From positions 678,156-710,155 of the forward strand of contig NW_008806275.1 of the NCBI RefSeq assembly GCF_000400465.1: a stretch of 32,000 bases of DNA, read 5' to 3'. Source of the stretch: Wallemia ichthyophaga EXF-994. Lineage: Eukaryota > Fungi > Basidiomycota. The notes under the pieces are model-generated. The model was not told where the DNA came from and made no database searches. It saw nothing but the letters and a program-made list of their open reading frames with translations. This document shows positions 11,355 to 22,358 of the stretch, piece after piece; position 1 is the stretch's first letter, and every line of letters starts with the position of its first letter. Position numbers and translations under genes: made by a program.

Positions 11355-14300
11355 CTAGTCCTGCTGGTAGCCTCCTCTACCCCTGTAGCCTCCTCTGCCT
11401 CTAAATCCACCTCTACCTCTATTACCACCTCTATTACCACCTCTGCCACCGGCACTACCATGGTTCTCTGAAGCGTGCGTGATTGGTATGTTGTGATCAC
11501 CAAACTGCAAAGATGTCGGATGCTGCTGCTGCTGCTGACTGAGAAGATGAGGTGGAGGTGCTCTGTTGCTACCGGCTGGGTTCGCCATATGAGGTGGAGG
11601 TGCTCTGTTTCTTGGTAGAGTTGGTTGAGCTGGTTGAGCTGACACAGAAGACCCAGAGAAAGCAGGTCTGTCATAATTAAGTGGCGGTGGACGCGGTCTA
11701 AAAGTAGGCTGCTGTGGTTGCTGTAGTTGCTGCATTTGCTGCATCTGTTGATGTGGAGGCAGAGGACGACCGCTAAACTTGGGCTGTCTGCCAACAGCAT
11801 TCGGACCACTGGCACCGCCACCCAAACTCAATGCGTCAGCGAGATTTTTCTGATGAGAAGATGGCTGCTGTTGATTGAAACGTCCTTTGTGAGCACCATT
11901 ATAGCCAGATTTCGGTCCTGGTGAGAAGTGTTCCTGCGGTGCTGAAGTCGCTGGCTTCACATAGCGATCACCACCCAATGCCGGACGCGGTCCAATCTGT
12001 CTCTTGAATGGTGGAGCGGGCTTTTCATACTGCGCATTCTCGGCCATTCCATCCATGCTAGCCACATACTGCTCATTACTAAGGTTGAGCACGGCATATG
12101 AAGGTATCGTCGCACCCCTGTAAGCGCTACATTTACCGCCAAGCGTCGTGCCACTCATGAAGGGCTCATCCATAACCACATCGATTAGATTGTTTGATGC
12201 TATTCCAACGACTGTGCCTCTCGACGTCAAGTTCACCTTGCCGTGGTCGGCGACATACACCACTCTGTCACAAAGTCTGAACTGCTGGTTGATAATACGC
12301 GTAGATGCGTGGTTTGGCTTGAGGACAGCGTGGCGAGGAACGTTCTTCACTATCGCCTTCTTTGGCTCGACTTTCTTACTCGCATCAGCTAAATCCTCGG
12401 AAAGCTTCTCGACTTGGGCTATAGACTCGGTTGACATTTGGTTGACGAATAGAGAGACTGTCTCGAATGTATTGACCTTCTTGGCCTTGAGCCACTTTTG
12501 TATTTCTGCCAAACGCACAGCTGCTTCATCTTGATCTTGCCATATTTCGTCGTAGTTGTTGACACCCTTGTTTCTATCAAGACGCATAAATACTTCGGGG
12601 AAATTTTGCTTTTATGATTATAAGAAAATGACTCATGAAACCAGTAAAACTTACTTTATACTCTCCAACAAGTTCAGAGGCTTTATCGGAATACTCCCAA
12701 CCAACATGGTTCTTTTGCGTATAACCCGCCACCTTCTCACCCTTAGCTTCAAACTTGAGATTAAGACCAATGTTGATGTTTTTACCATCAGGTCCTACAA
12801 TAGTCAATGCAGAAGTGATCTTTGACAAAGTGAGTGATTGAATACGATGGAGCTGTGCCACTTTTGGTGAGATGTAGTAATTCTCGCTGTTCGAAGCTTT
12901 GCCAATCGCGTTAAATTTAGGTCTTTCAGTAAGATTAGGCATGAGAACAAGACGTAGTGTCATAGTGTTGCTCTTGTTGTCGGCTGCTTCGACTGTAGCG
13001 GGCGAACCGTATTTCACGCCTAAGAAGAACAACTGCGTACCGACAGAGAACTCCTCTTCAAGTGGTGGCGCGGCTTGCTCCAAATAACGCTCATCTTCAG
13101 ACTCTACTTCAAGCACGGTAGTCTGTAGCGGATACTGTTGCTCATTCTCTTCGTAGTCTTTGACGAGTTCGCCTGAGAGTTTTCTCTTGAGACCTATGCA
13201 ATTGAGTTAGAATGAAATAGTTAACTACCACTAAACCCACCCTTCAAAGGACGCGCATGAACCATGATATCAACCACACCGATACGTACAGCGCGGCTCT
13301 TGGAGTAAGTGGTCTCCAGACGTTCGCTGTCTCTAGCAAACTTTGCTGATAAGCTAGCTTCCTCTTGTACGATATTTCCCTCAAGAGTGTATTTGGCATT
13401 CTCGTCGCTAATACCGGCAACGAACGCTTCCTGCAAGAAAGGCCAATTGATGAAGACCCTCTTACCCAGCAAGGACCCAGCGACATCCTTAGCAGTGTGA
13501 TTCTCATACTTGTTGACGGTCACAATCACGATAGAGTCCTTTCTCGATGGCTGGTTGAACACCATAACGCCATGCTTGTGGAGCAGCGACTCGAACTCTA
13601 GATTGTAGAGGGTGGGAAATCCAGCAAGTGCTTGTTTACCACTACGTGCGTGTGGCACCAAACCCTGTCTGAAAGCACCTTCGCCGAGAGCTGGAAGAGT
13701 ATAGACACACTCATTACACTTATCGTTGACTATGGTGGTGAACTTTTCATGTGTCGATTCGTACTTCTGGCCCTCTCTGGTGCCATCATACTTGAAAATT
13801 GTTGCATCACCAAACGAGTTGCGGAGTCTCTCTTCTGGGGTCAAGGCTTGCTCCACTCTTCTCATAGTACCGAGTAAGAGTTGTTCATCGATGAAGGGAA
13901 TCTTGATGATAGCCTCCCATTCCTGCTTCTTGCCATTCATATCCTTTTCGAATTTCTCAGGGTAGAACTTGATAATTGGTGATGTCTCCTCTGTCATCAA
14001 GTCTCTGTATACAAGAGGCACCAACTCTTTAGAAGCAGATGGGAGAACACCCATGAGCTGTTCAAACGGCTTAAACGGAAAGCCTTTTTCATATTCGCAC
14101 TTAATATCTCCCATATCAACGATATCTGAGATTTTTGGTGCGTAGTAGTAGTCGTAAAACCAGCCCCAAGAAACGCAGCCCTCGTAGTAGTACTTAATAA
14201 CCCATTGAATACCCTCGACATAGCGCTGTACCAGTCGTCTAACTTGTTCAGGTTGCGATGTCTTATTGAAACCCAGCTTGCTGCTGTAGTACTCTTCCTT

Positions 14301-16160
14301 CCAACCCTTGAATCGACCTTCGAAGCTTCTATCAATGGCATTTTCTTGTTCTTCGTAGATTTCTTCTGGATCGTCAACAACCTTGCGTGGATTCAAAGCT
14401 GTGAAAGATTTCATGAAGTTGGCACTGAAACCGCTGACTTGGAGATTCTCCATTTCATCCTCGAGAGCATCTGGATTGTTGAGGTCGTTTTCAATTTCGC
14501 TATCAGAGGAGTTGTCATCAAGCGCCATGCCGATTCTTTGTGCTGCTGATAGACCTTCGCGTTTGGTAGCTGATACAGGGACTCTGACCACAGCTTTGGG
14601 TACGCCGTCTGCGGCAAAGTGATCATATTCAAGGACGAGGCTGAAATTTTCAGAAATTGCATGCAGGTATTCCCTTTCAGATTCGCCAAGTGGGAGTGGC
14701 AACTCCAAGAAGCCACCCTTCTGTGAGAGGGATCCAGAGGTGATACTTTGAGTGAGCATTTCATGCAATTTAGCCTGCTTAGTGGTCATGGTGGTCTTGC
14801 CCTCTTCAAGGACTAGCGGAGTGTGTTGACTAACTGGACCATTAGCCATATCAGTGTCAACCATTTCATCCTTGAACACGGTCTTTTCAAAGTCGTGAAG
14901 ATGGTTCATGACGAGTTGCAAACGGTTGAAGTTGATGTTTCCAAGTACATTGATGTATCCACCGGCGTCTTTCAATATCTTCTTGTAAGATGAGAACAAG
15001 AGCTCAAGTGCGCCGTCATTAATGTGAAAACCAGGCAAATGCGGAAGGAAATCATTACCGACGAGAATAGCGAGGAGGATAAAGTCATCGATGATTCTCT
15101 CCAAATCATAGTCGAATGGGAGTGTGTGCCTAATTTCCTTAAACTCAAGGTCCAAGTATTCACGGAAGAGCGAGAGGTGCATCAAGTAAAACTTCTGATG
15201 TTCAAGGCCTTCACTCTTCTTTTTTTTCTGTGGACCGAAAGTAACTTCCTCTCTAAGCAGACAGAAGTGAGGCTCGTGGGAGAGAAGGCCGAGCATGATG
15301 AGATCAGCGTCTAAACCGTAAAGACAGTGTCTCATGTTAGGGTTGTAATGAGGCTGAGCCTTAGTAAGACGAATGAATTCCTGGATCTTGTGCTCTCCTT
15401 CACCAGGAACTTCGTGGCCAGATAAGATAACGTCAATGCCCTGCCATAAAGCATCCTCGGAGATTTTCTTGTGAACGAAATATTTGAGTTGCTGGGAGAG
15501 CTTAGCCATGAAAGTGGTTCCTGGAGTGATACAGTTGCTGTTGAATGCGTCATCAATGTTTTCACCCAAACGTTCAGCTTTTGTAAGGTTTTCAGCGTGT
15601 TCTTGAGCAGTTCTAAATCGACGGCTACGTTGCTGGTTCATCTTGGCACGAGGAGCAACACCGTCAACGGCCATGAAGAATGTCTTGCGAGGTCTAATTT
15701 TCGAGAAGAGAAATTCAATGTACTAATTGTTGTTGTTAAAACATCTACCATATCTAATATATCCAAACTAACCTTGAATATATTCTGTACCATATCAGTC
15801 TCATTAACCTTGCGTACGGATCCTTGGCCTGTATTTGCAGCGCAAGTGTGGATGATACCATTCATATCCAAGTATAAGCAGTCTGTGTGGTTGGTTAGAA
15901 TCCAATTCGATATCGAGTGGCACACCTACCAAACTCAGGAATACGATTATCTTCAACCAGTTGACTTGTAAGCGGGTATCTTTCACTGTGGATGCTGTCA
16001 GCGTCATATAAATCACGCATATTCCTCTACTCACGATACATATCTGAAGAACTGAGAGATATCAATAAGTATTATACGTATTGGAGAGATGAACGTACTT
16101 TTGGAATACCTGAGATTTGCTTGTTAGTAATGCGAATTTAAATTATTTAGACTCACCCAT
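11355..16160 (-). CDS. XRN1: 5'-3' exoribonuclease 1, 7 introns
   Basis: Spliced start MGIPKFFRYVSERYP. Motifs LYLDMNGIIH, DGVAPRAKMNQQRSRRF, PGEGEHKI, YGLDADLIMLGL, GNDFLP, KPFEQLMGVLP. C-terminal KOW/SH3-like region and Q/P/RGG-rich tail distinguish it from Xrn2. Confidence 0.95.
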
Positions 16161-16366
16161 TTTAGATTTACTATGTGATGATGGTTGTCGTCAAATGAAT
16201 TGAGAAGATACGGTAATCAACGATATCAACAAAATGCATTAATCCTCCCAGAGGTTTGCGTTTACAAGAAATAAAGTTAAGAATCGTGAAAACAAATTAG
16301 ACCAAGTCAAAGATCCCTCTTTACTTGGACTGTTTCACTTAGCACTTGGCACTTTGCACCTTGCAA

Positions 16367-17642
16367 TTAGTGATGGAATCTGCGTCTGTTGTGCTGATCC
16401 CTCTTAACTTTCATTCTCTTCATTTTGTCATCGTCTACGAGTCTTCTCTGTACTTGTCCACGGCAAGATACGAATTCATCTTGACACGAGTACGCAGTAC
16501 CTGGAACCCAGTCGTTGTTACATTGCGTCCATTGTGATTCACAGTCTTGTTCGGCAGTTGCTTGTTGGCCAGAGTTGTTTTTCTGGTTTGCATTGTTATT
16601 CTGCTGCCCTGAGCCTTTGTCTTGTTGAGCAGAGCCATCATTTTCGTCGGCATCGTCATAATCATTTGAATTGTTGTTGGACCCATCATTAGAGCCATTG
16701 TCAGAGTTTCCGTTGCCTTGGTTACCCTGATCTACCTGTTGAGCATGAACATTTGCAGAAGATTGAGCAGGAGCGAACTTTTTGAAGTTAGATTGTGTGG
16801 CGCTTGATGTAGAGTTATCAGAGTTATCAGAACCATCTGAAGTACCATCACCACCACCACCGGAAGCAGCACCCTGTCCAACAGTGATAAGCTCAGGACC
16901 TGGGAATTGGTATGCTGAATCAGACTGAACGTTATAGATATCACTACCACTCGAAGCTAAACCAGCATCAGACCAGCTGTAAGTACCTGGGAAAGTAGCC
17001 GTTGCGTCGTCGCTGTAGGTGTTTGAACCATCACCTGTGATAGTCCATGACACGCAGCGAGGGTAGTACTGTGGCCTTGAAGCATGAAGTGAAATTATCT
17101 CAGTTCTCATGAGGTAGTCACCTGTTTTTAAATGCTGTGAGACAATCTTCTAGATGAAAAATCTTCTTTTGTCACTCACCAGCTGCGAGATCCTCTGGGA
17201 TAGTCACTTGGTATCCGCCACCATTCATCAATGAAGCTTGCTTCCACTGTCCGTTTTCGAAACCAACTTGATCGATCTTGAACCATTTAGCTGAATCAGC
17301 GTTCATGTTGGCACAGTCGGTGGTACATTGTGCCATATAAGTGATTATTGGACCTGTATTGTGTGGCCACTGCTGCTGAGCTGTCTCTTCCCACCAGAGA
17401 GTCATAGTGGACCCAGCACCAATCGTAGCAACACTATTTGGTGATGAGTTTGGACCACAAAACATATCCGATGAGTATGGGTCCTTGATTGGGTTGATAC
17501 CAGAGGTCCACTCTGGTGCATTTTGTGAGGACTGATTAGGGTCAGGACCGTTGAAGCCTTGACCATTCACGTCTATGTAAGAAACCACACCGTGTGCGAG
17601 TGCTGAGCTAGCTAAAGAGAGTGCGACGAATGCGTTAACCAT
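16367..17642 (-). CDS. Secreted AA9 lytic polysaccharide monooxygenase, paralog 1 (1 intron)
   Basis: Signal peptide ending ALA, then His1 (HGVV); WPHNTGP, WFKIDQ, YLMRTEIISLH, QYYPRC. Followed by an N/D/S/Q linker, a 4-Cys module and a basic His-tipped tail. Confidence 0.92.
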
Positions 17643-18629
17643 TTTTACAAGACCGGCTTGTTTGAACGACTTTTGAAGAACTTGGGTTGTTGAGATGACC
17701 TAAGAGAGAACAATGACATTTACGAATTTTTCTTATTACAGGGCAGGAACGGTAAAAAACCGATGACCAGGGTAATAGCGCATGTACATACGATCGGTCA
17801 AATTGATAACAGCAATTGGTAAATTCTCATATAATCCTGCACACTTCCTACTATGCTAGTTATCTAGTTGCCATTCCCCACTTCAAATTTGGTTACAGGG
17901 CTTGCCCGCTATTCAAGACCGGCCAACCTCCACATCGAAGAGGCGGGAAACTGCTCACTGCCTCAATATATGTTTGTAAAAAGACCCATTCAAAGATCAC
18001 ACTTGGAAAAGTGAGACTATGCGGACAGAGAGACACACAGTGGTGATGTCACCGATAGAAACTTTCGTGTGCGTTTGACTTTTAATTTGTATCCAAACAT
18101 AGATACTAAAAATAGTACAGTCAGCTTCACTGCGCGCGTCTCAAGACAGCGGATGTTGAGAAGACCCTGGTATTTTGAAAAGTTCCGAGATTCGCTAAAT
18201 GAGCGCGTTTAAAGGGTGAGTTTAAGAATGTGAGATAAGAGTACTACATTCAAGAGCGGATAACGTAATTGTATCGATTGCTTATTCACGGCTTCCCTGT
18301 AAGCACGGCGCAGACCTTCTAGTCGCACGTTCCTGAAACAGTCTTAAACGAGACGGCATATACATGAATAAGACAGTTATCCAATCAAACTTAAAATCCA
18401 AAAACATCTCACCAAGTCACAAATCAAACAATACTGAAATCCAAGACGCCATATTCATGAGAAGTAATAAAGATATAGATGCCTTATCCTGAAGGTATCT
18501 AGAAACGAAGGAAATATCTACACGATATATAAAGCGGGTAAAAAACGAAAGGTTAAAGCAAAGCATCAGAAGAATTCCATTCTCCGATCCGTTTTGGGTG
18601 AATGAACATAACCGTCTCTAAAAAGCAAT

Positions 18630-19752
18630 CTAGTGGTGGCGACGAGCGTGTTGAGCGTGCTGGTTGTGCATGTCTCTCTTGACTCTCTTGGTCGTCATTT
18701 TGGCGTTAGAGTTCAATCTTCTTTGGACAGATTGGCCACGACATTGTGCCCATTGGTCTTTGCAGGTGAAGTCAGTGCCTGGGACGTAGTCCTTGTTGCA
18801 TTGAGTCCACTTAGACTCGCACTCATCCTCATTTGCTTGAGTTGCACACGATGGGTTTGAGGACGCGGTGTTTGAGTCGTCGTTGCAAGTTGATGACTCG
18901 TCTTCCTCATCAGCACCGTCATCTTGCTTATCACTGTCTGTGGATTGGGAGTCGTCGTTGCTTCTATAGGAAGCTTGACCACCTTGACCGACGGTAACAA
19001 GTGGTGGACCAGGGAACTGGTATTGTTCGTCAGAGTGTACGTTGTAGATACCACCACCGCTAATAGATAAGCCAGGGTCAGACCAGCTGTAAGTACCAGG
19101 GAAGCTACCCCAAGCGTCGTTACTGTAAGTGTTGCTGCCACCGCTACCGTAGATATGGAATGAAACACAAGATGGGTAGTATTGTGGCTTTTGTGCGTGA
19201 AGGGAGATAATCTCAGTTCTCATGAGGTAGTCGCCTGTAGTAATCAACTGTGAGTCAATGTACTTTGAAAAGAAAAACACACCCACCCTCTTCGAGATCC
19301 CATGGGATGGTGATGGTGTAACCAGCGCTGTTCATCAAAGAAGCTTGCTTCCATTGGCCATTCTCGAAACCTTTTTGATCAATCTTGAACCAGTTTGCCG
19401 AGTCAGCGTTCATGGTCGAACAGTCACCGCTCCAGCAGCGGGCCAAGTAGGTGATAATTGGACCCGTGTTATGTGGCCATTGTGAGTATTGCGTCTCCTC
19501 CCAGTAGATGTTCATGGAAGAGCCAGCTCCGATGTAGCCTTTGCCATTGGCGTAAGCGTTTGGACCGCAGAACATGTCTGGTGAGTATGGGTCCTTGATA
19601 GGGTTGATACCAGCGGTCCATTCGGCAGCGCCAGGAGACGCTTGGTTTGGCTCTGGACCATTGAAGCCTTGGCCTTCAACGTTAATGTACGACACGATAC
19701 CGTGAGCGAGTGCAGAGCTAGCTAACGAGAGTGCGGCAACTGTCTTAAACAT
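18630..19752 (-). CDS. Secreted AA9 lytic polysaccharide monooxygenase, paralog 2 (1 intron)
   Basis: MFKTVAALSLASSALA then HGIV; WPHNTGP, WFKIDQ, YLMRTEIISLH, QYYPSC. Intron at the same codon and phase as paralog 1 and the same C-terminal architecture. Confidence 0.92.
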
Positions 19753-19820
19753 TTTCGTTCGTAAGTAAGGACCGGCCTTGAATTTGGATCTAAAGTACAA
19801 GAAGAAAGAACGCACGTCCC

Positions 19821-19826
19821 TTTATA
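19821..19826 (-). promoter_or_regulatory. Putative TATA box of AA9 paralog 2
   Basis: TATAAA on the minus strand about 70 nt upstream of ATG 19752. Confidence 0.45.
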
Positions 19827-20577
19827 CGTAAAATTTGTAGGGTTACACTGGCGGACGGCACTAAACGTCACTTAGTAGTTTTAAGCGTGTGAGGACAAGC
19901 ACCGCTATAATAAACGCGTATATAAATAAGGTTGACTTACTTTTGGGATAATTCGTGGAGTGCCTATTGAAGGGGGCTAGCTTTACGTGACATGTTCGAG
20001 ACCTGGCGATGACGAGGAGACGTTCTCTAACATCTATTTTTGTTTTCAAGGGCAGCTCAGAGCACAAACGAGTGCGTTATGGGAAATTTGTGCATTTCAT
20101 ACATGTCATCAGTTGAAGTGGTGTTTTGAGGCTGTGATTGGTATATACGCACGTGCTTAGAAGCCATGTAGCTAGAGCCACGAGTATATTTGCATTTAAG
20201 CGTGTTTTGAAACTATTCCACACAGCTTCATTGGTGGATGTAGACAGCTGTGCGCTGTACCAGAGACCTTATTAAGCGGACGATAAGAGCTTCGAAAGGG
20301 AGCGACGAGTAGAGCGCGCAATTTATCGCCCCCACTGACACCCGCAAAGTCAAAATCACTTGCCCACAATTGATGACTCAAGAAGGCTGCGCCGGAGACT
20401 GAAAACTTTAACAGTCGTCTAGCGTCAAAAGAGAAAAGAGAGCACAGACGAAGTTCTCAGTCTTTTTGTAGTACCACTCACCTGAAATTGCAAAATTAAT
20501 TTTAAAATCTCTGACCAGCAGTTACTCTGATCCAAGATTTTGGATTTTCCCGACCACGACCTTGGAAATTGGATAAA

Positions 20578-22302
20578 ATGAGCATGAACAGTAAAGATAT
20601 AGATAAATTAGAAGCGTCGTCTTCAGAAGAGGAGGAGGAGATAAAGGAGAAATATGATAGCCACAGTCGGCCGTCATCTTCCAACAGCACGACGCCGGCG
20701 AATCCAGCGAGTGCGAATCCTACAAAGTCGCACAATCACGGCAGCACATCGCCAACGACGCCACGCCTGCCGAGCAGCTTAGCAGCGAAAATGGCAGCGA
20801 TGGTGAATAGAGGCAGAGTATCGAAAGAAAGAGACACTGGCAGCACGAGCAGCGGTGGTAATGTGAGCAACATGCAATCGAAAGGTGGCCAGCCAGTGGG
20901 AGCTGGGCTTCGGAGCATGCGTCAAGCGCCCCTCCCGCCGAACCAGCTGCGTGAGAAGATGGAAGCCATGTCAATGAATGACAAGGTGGAAGTGGAGAGG
21001 TCATCTCCACAGCAGAAAACAGCAGCAACGCCCTCACCCCCTGGTGGACTCGCAGCGAGACGGGGTATGAAACTTAGCATGAACAACAACCCCGCGCCAC
21101 CAGCAGGCAACACACCCAAAAAGCGTGGCCCGCCTGGAAAGCTGAACCTCAGCAACGATGACGGCAAGCACGATACCCCTTTCTCCAAATTCTCAGACAT
21201 CGTTGACCCTTCTGGTAAACTCAATTTCGGAGAAGGGAAGGCAGTGCTGCATGCATCAGGAGTCAACTTTTCCACCGGGCACTCATTTAATATTAAAATC
21301 GAAGATCTAGAACTGCAGGAGGAGCTTGGCAGGGGAGCGTACGGAGGGGTGCGCAAAGCCAAGCACAGATCGACAGGCGTGGTGATGGCAATTAAGGAGA
21401 TACAATTAGAACTAGACAAGAGTAAACTCGCAGGTATTGCTATGGAATTGGATATCCTTCATCGCGCAGTCAAGCCCCAGATAGTTGAGTTTTACGGTGC
21501 ATTCTTCGTCGAAGGCTGTATTTTTTACTGCATGGAGTTCATGGATGCGGGATCGCTCGATAAACTCTACTCGCCTACATTCGGTGTACCCGAGGATATC
21601 CTAGCGTTTGTGACGAAGAATCTGATCATTGGATTACAATTCCTCAAAGATGATCTGCAGATTATACACAGAGGTGGGTGTGTGTTGATTTGGTTGACTG
21701 GATTCTAACACTTCTTCCAGACGTCAAACCCACAAACGTGCTAATCAACAGACGCGGTAAAGTCAAGATATGTGATTTCGGTGTATCGGGACAACTCGAG
21801 AAGTCACTAGCCAAGACCAACATAGGATGTCAATCGTACATGGCAGTGAGTGGGAGATATACGCATGTTTACACCTTACTAACAGAATACATAGCCAGAA
21901 AGAATACAGTCACCAGAAAGTGGTGTGCACGCCTCGTTTTACACTGTAAGCTCCGACGTTTGGAGTCTAGGATTAACAATGGTGGAGTGTTCGCGCGGTG
22001 AATACCCATACTCTTTCTCGAATGTCCTCGCGCAACTGCAGGAGATAGTCAAAGGACCAGCGCCCGAACTGCCAGCTACATACTCGGAAACGGCAAAGGA
22101 CTTTATACACTCGACGCTGCGCAAGGACCCGAACGCGCGACCACAATACCAGGAATTACTGGAACATCCCTTCCTTGCATATGACAAAGAGCCAGATGTG
22201 TTTAGGTGGATTGAAGACGCACTGAGGGCTAAGAACGGCGGCAACTTGCCAGATTCGATACCAGAGTCTGAACCTAGTCATCATTATGAGAGGTCGCATT
22301 AG
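20578..22302 (+). CDS. PBS2: HOG-pathway MAP kinase kinase (Pbs2/Wis1), 2 introns
   Basis: [66 protein letters not shown] (Pbs2-type activation loop). First true ATG at 20578; the ORF-track start at 20569 is TTG. Confidence 0.93.
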
Positions 22303-22358
22303 AGTGGTATTAATTGACATGTGTAATTTTGATTCTATTTCTTTTATGTTGTGGGTTG

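Noticed and set aside
15520-15555. Xrn1 FNSNCITPGT instead of the usual FDSNCITPGT
   Set aside because: All recognised metal-binding acidic motifs (LDMN, VDG, GEGEHK, LDAD, GNDF) are intact, so there is no basis for altered catalysis.
389-19752. NoxA (ROS source) and AA9 LPMOs (H2O2 users) as a functional redox cluster
   Set aside because: About 13 kb and six unrelated housekeeping genes separate them, and nothing in the sequence indicates co-regulation.
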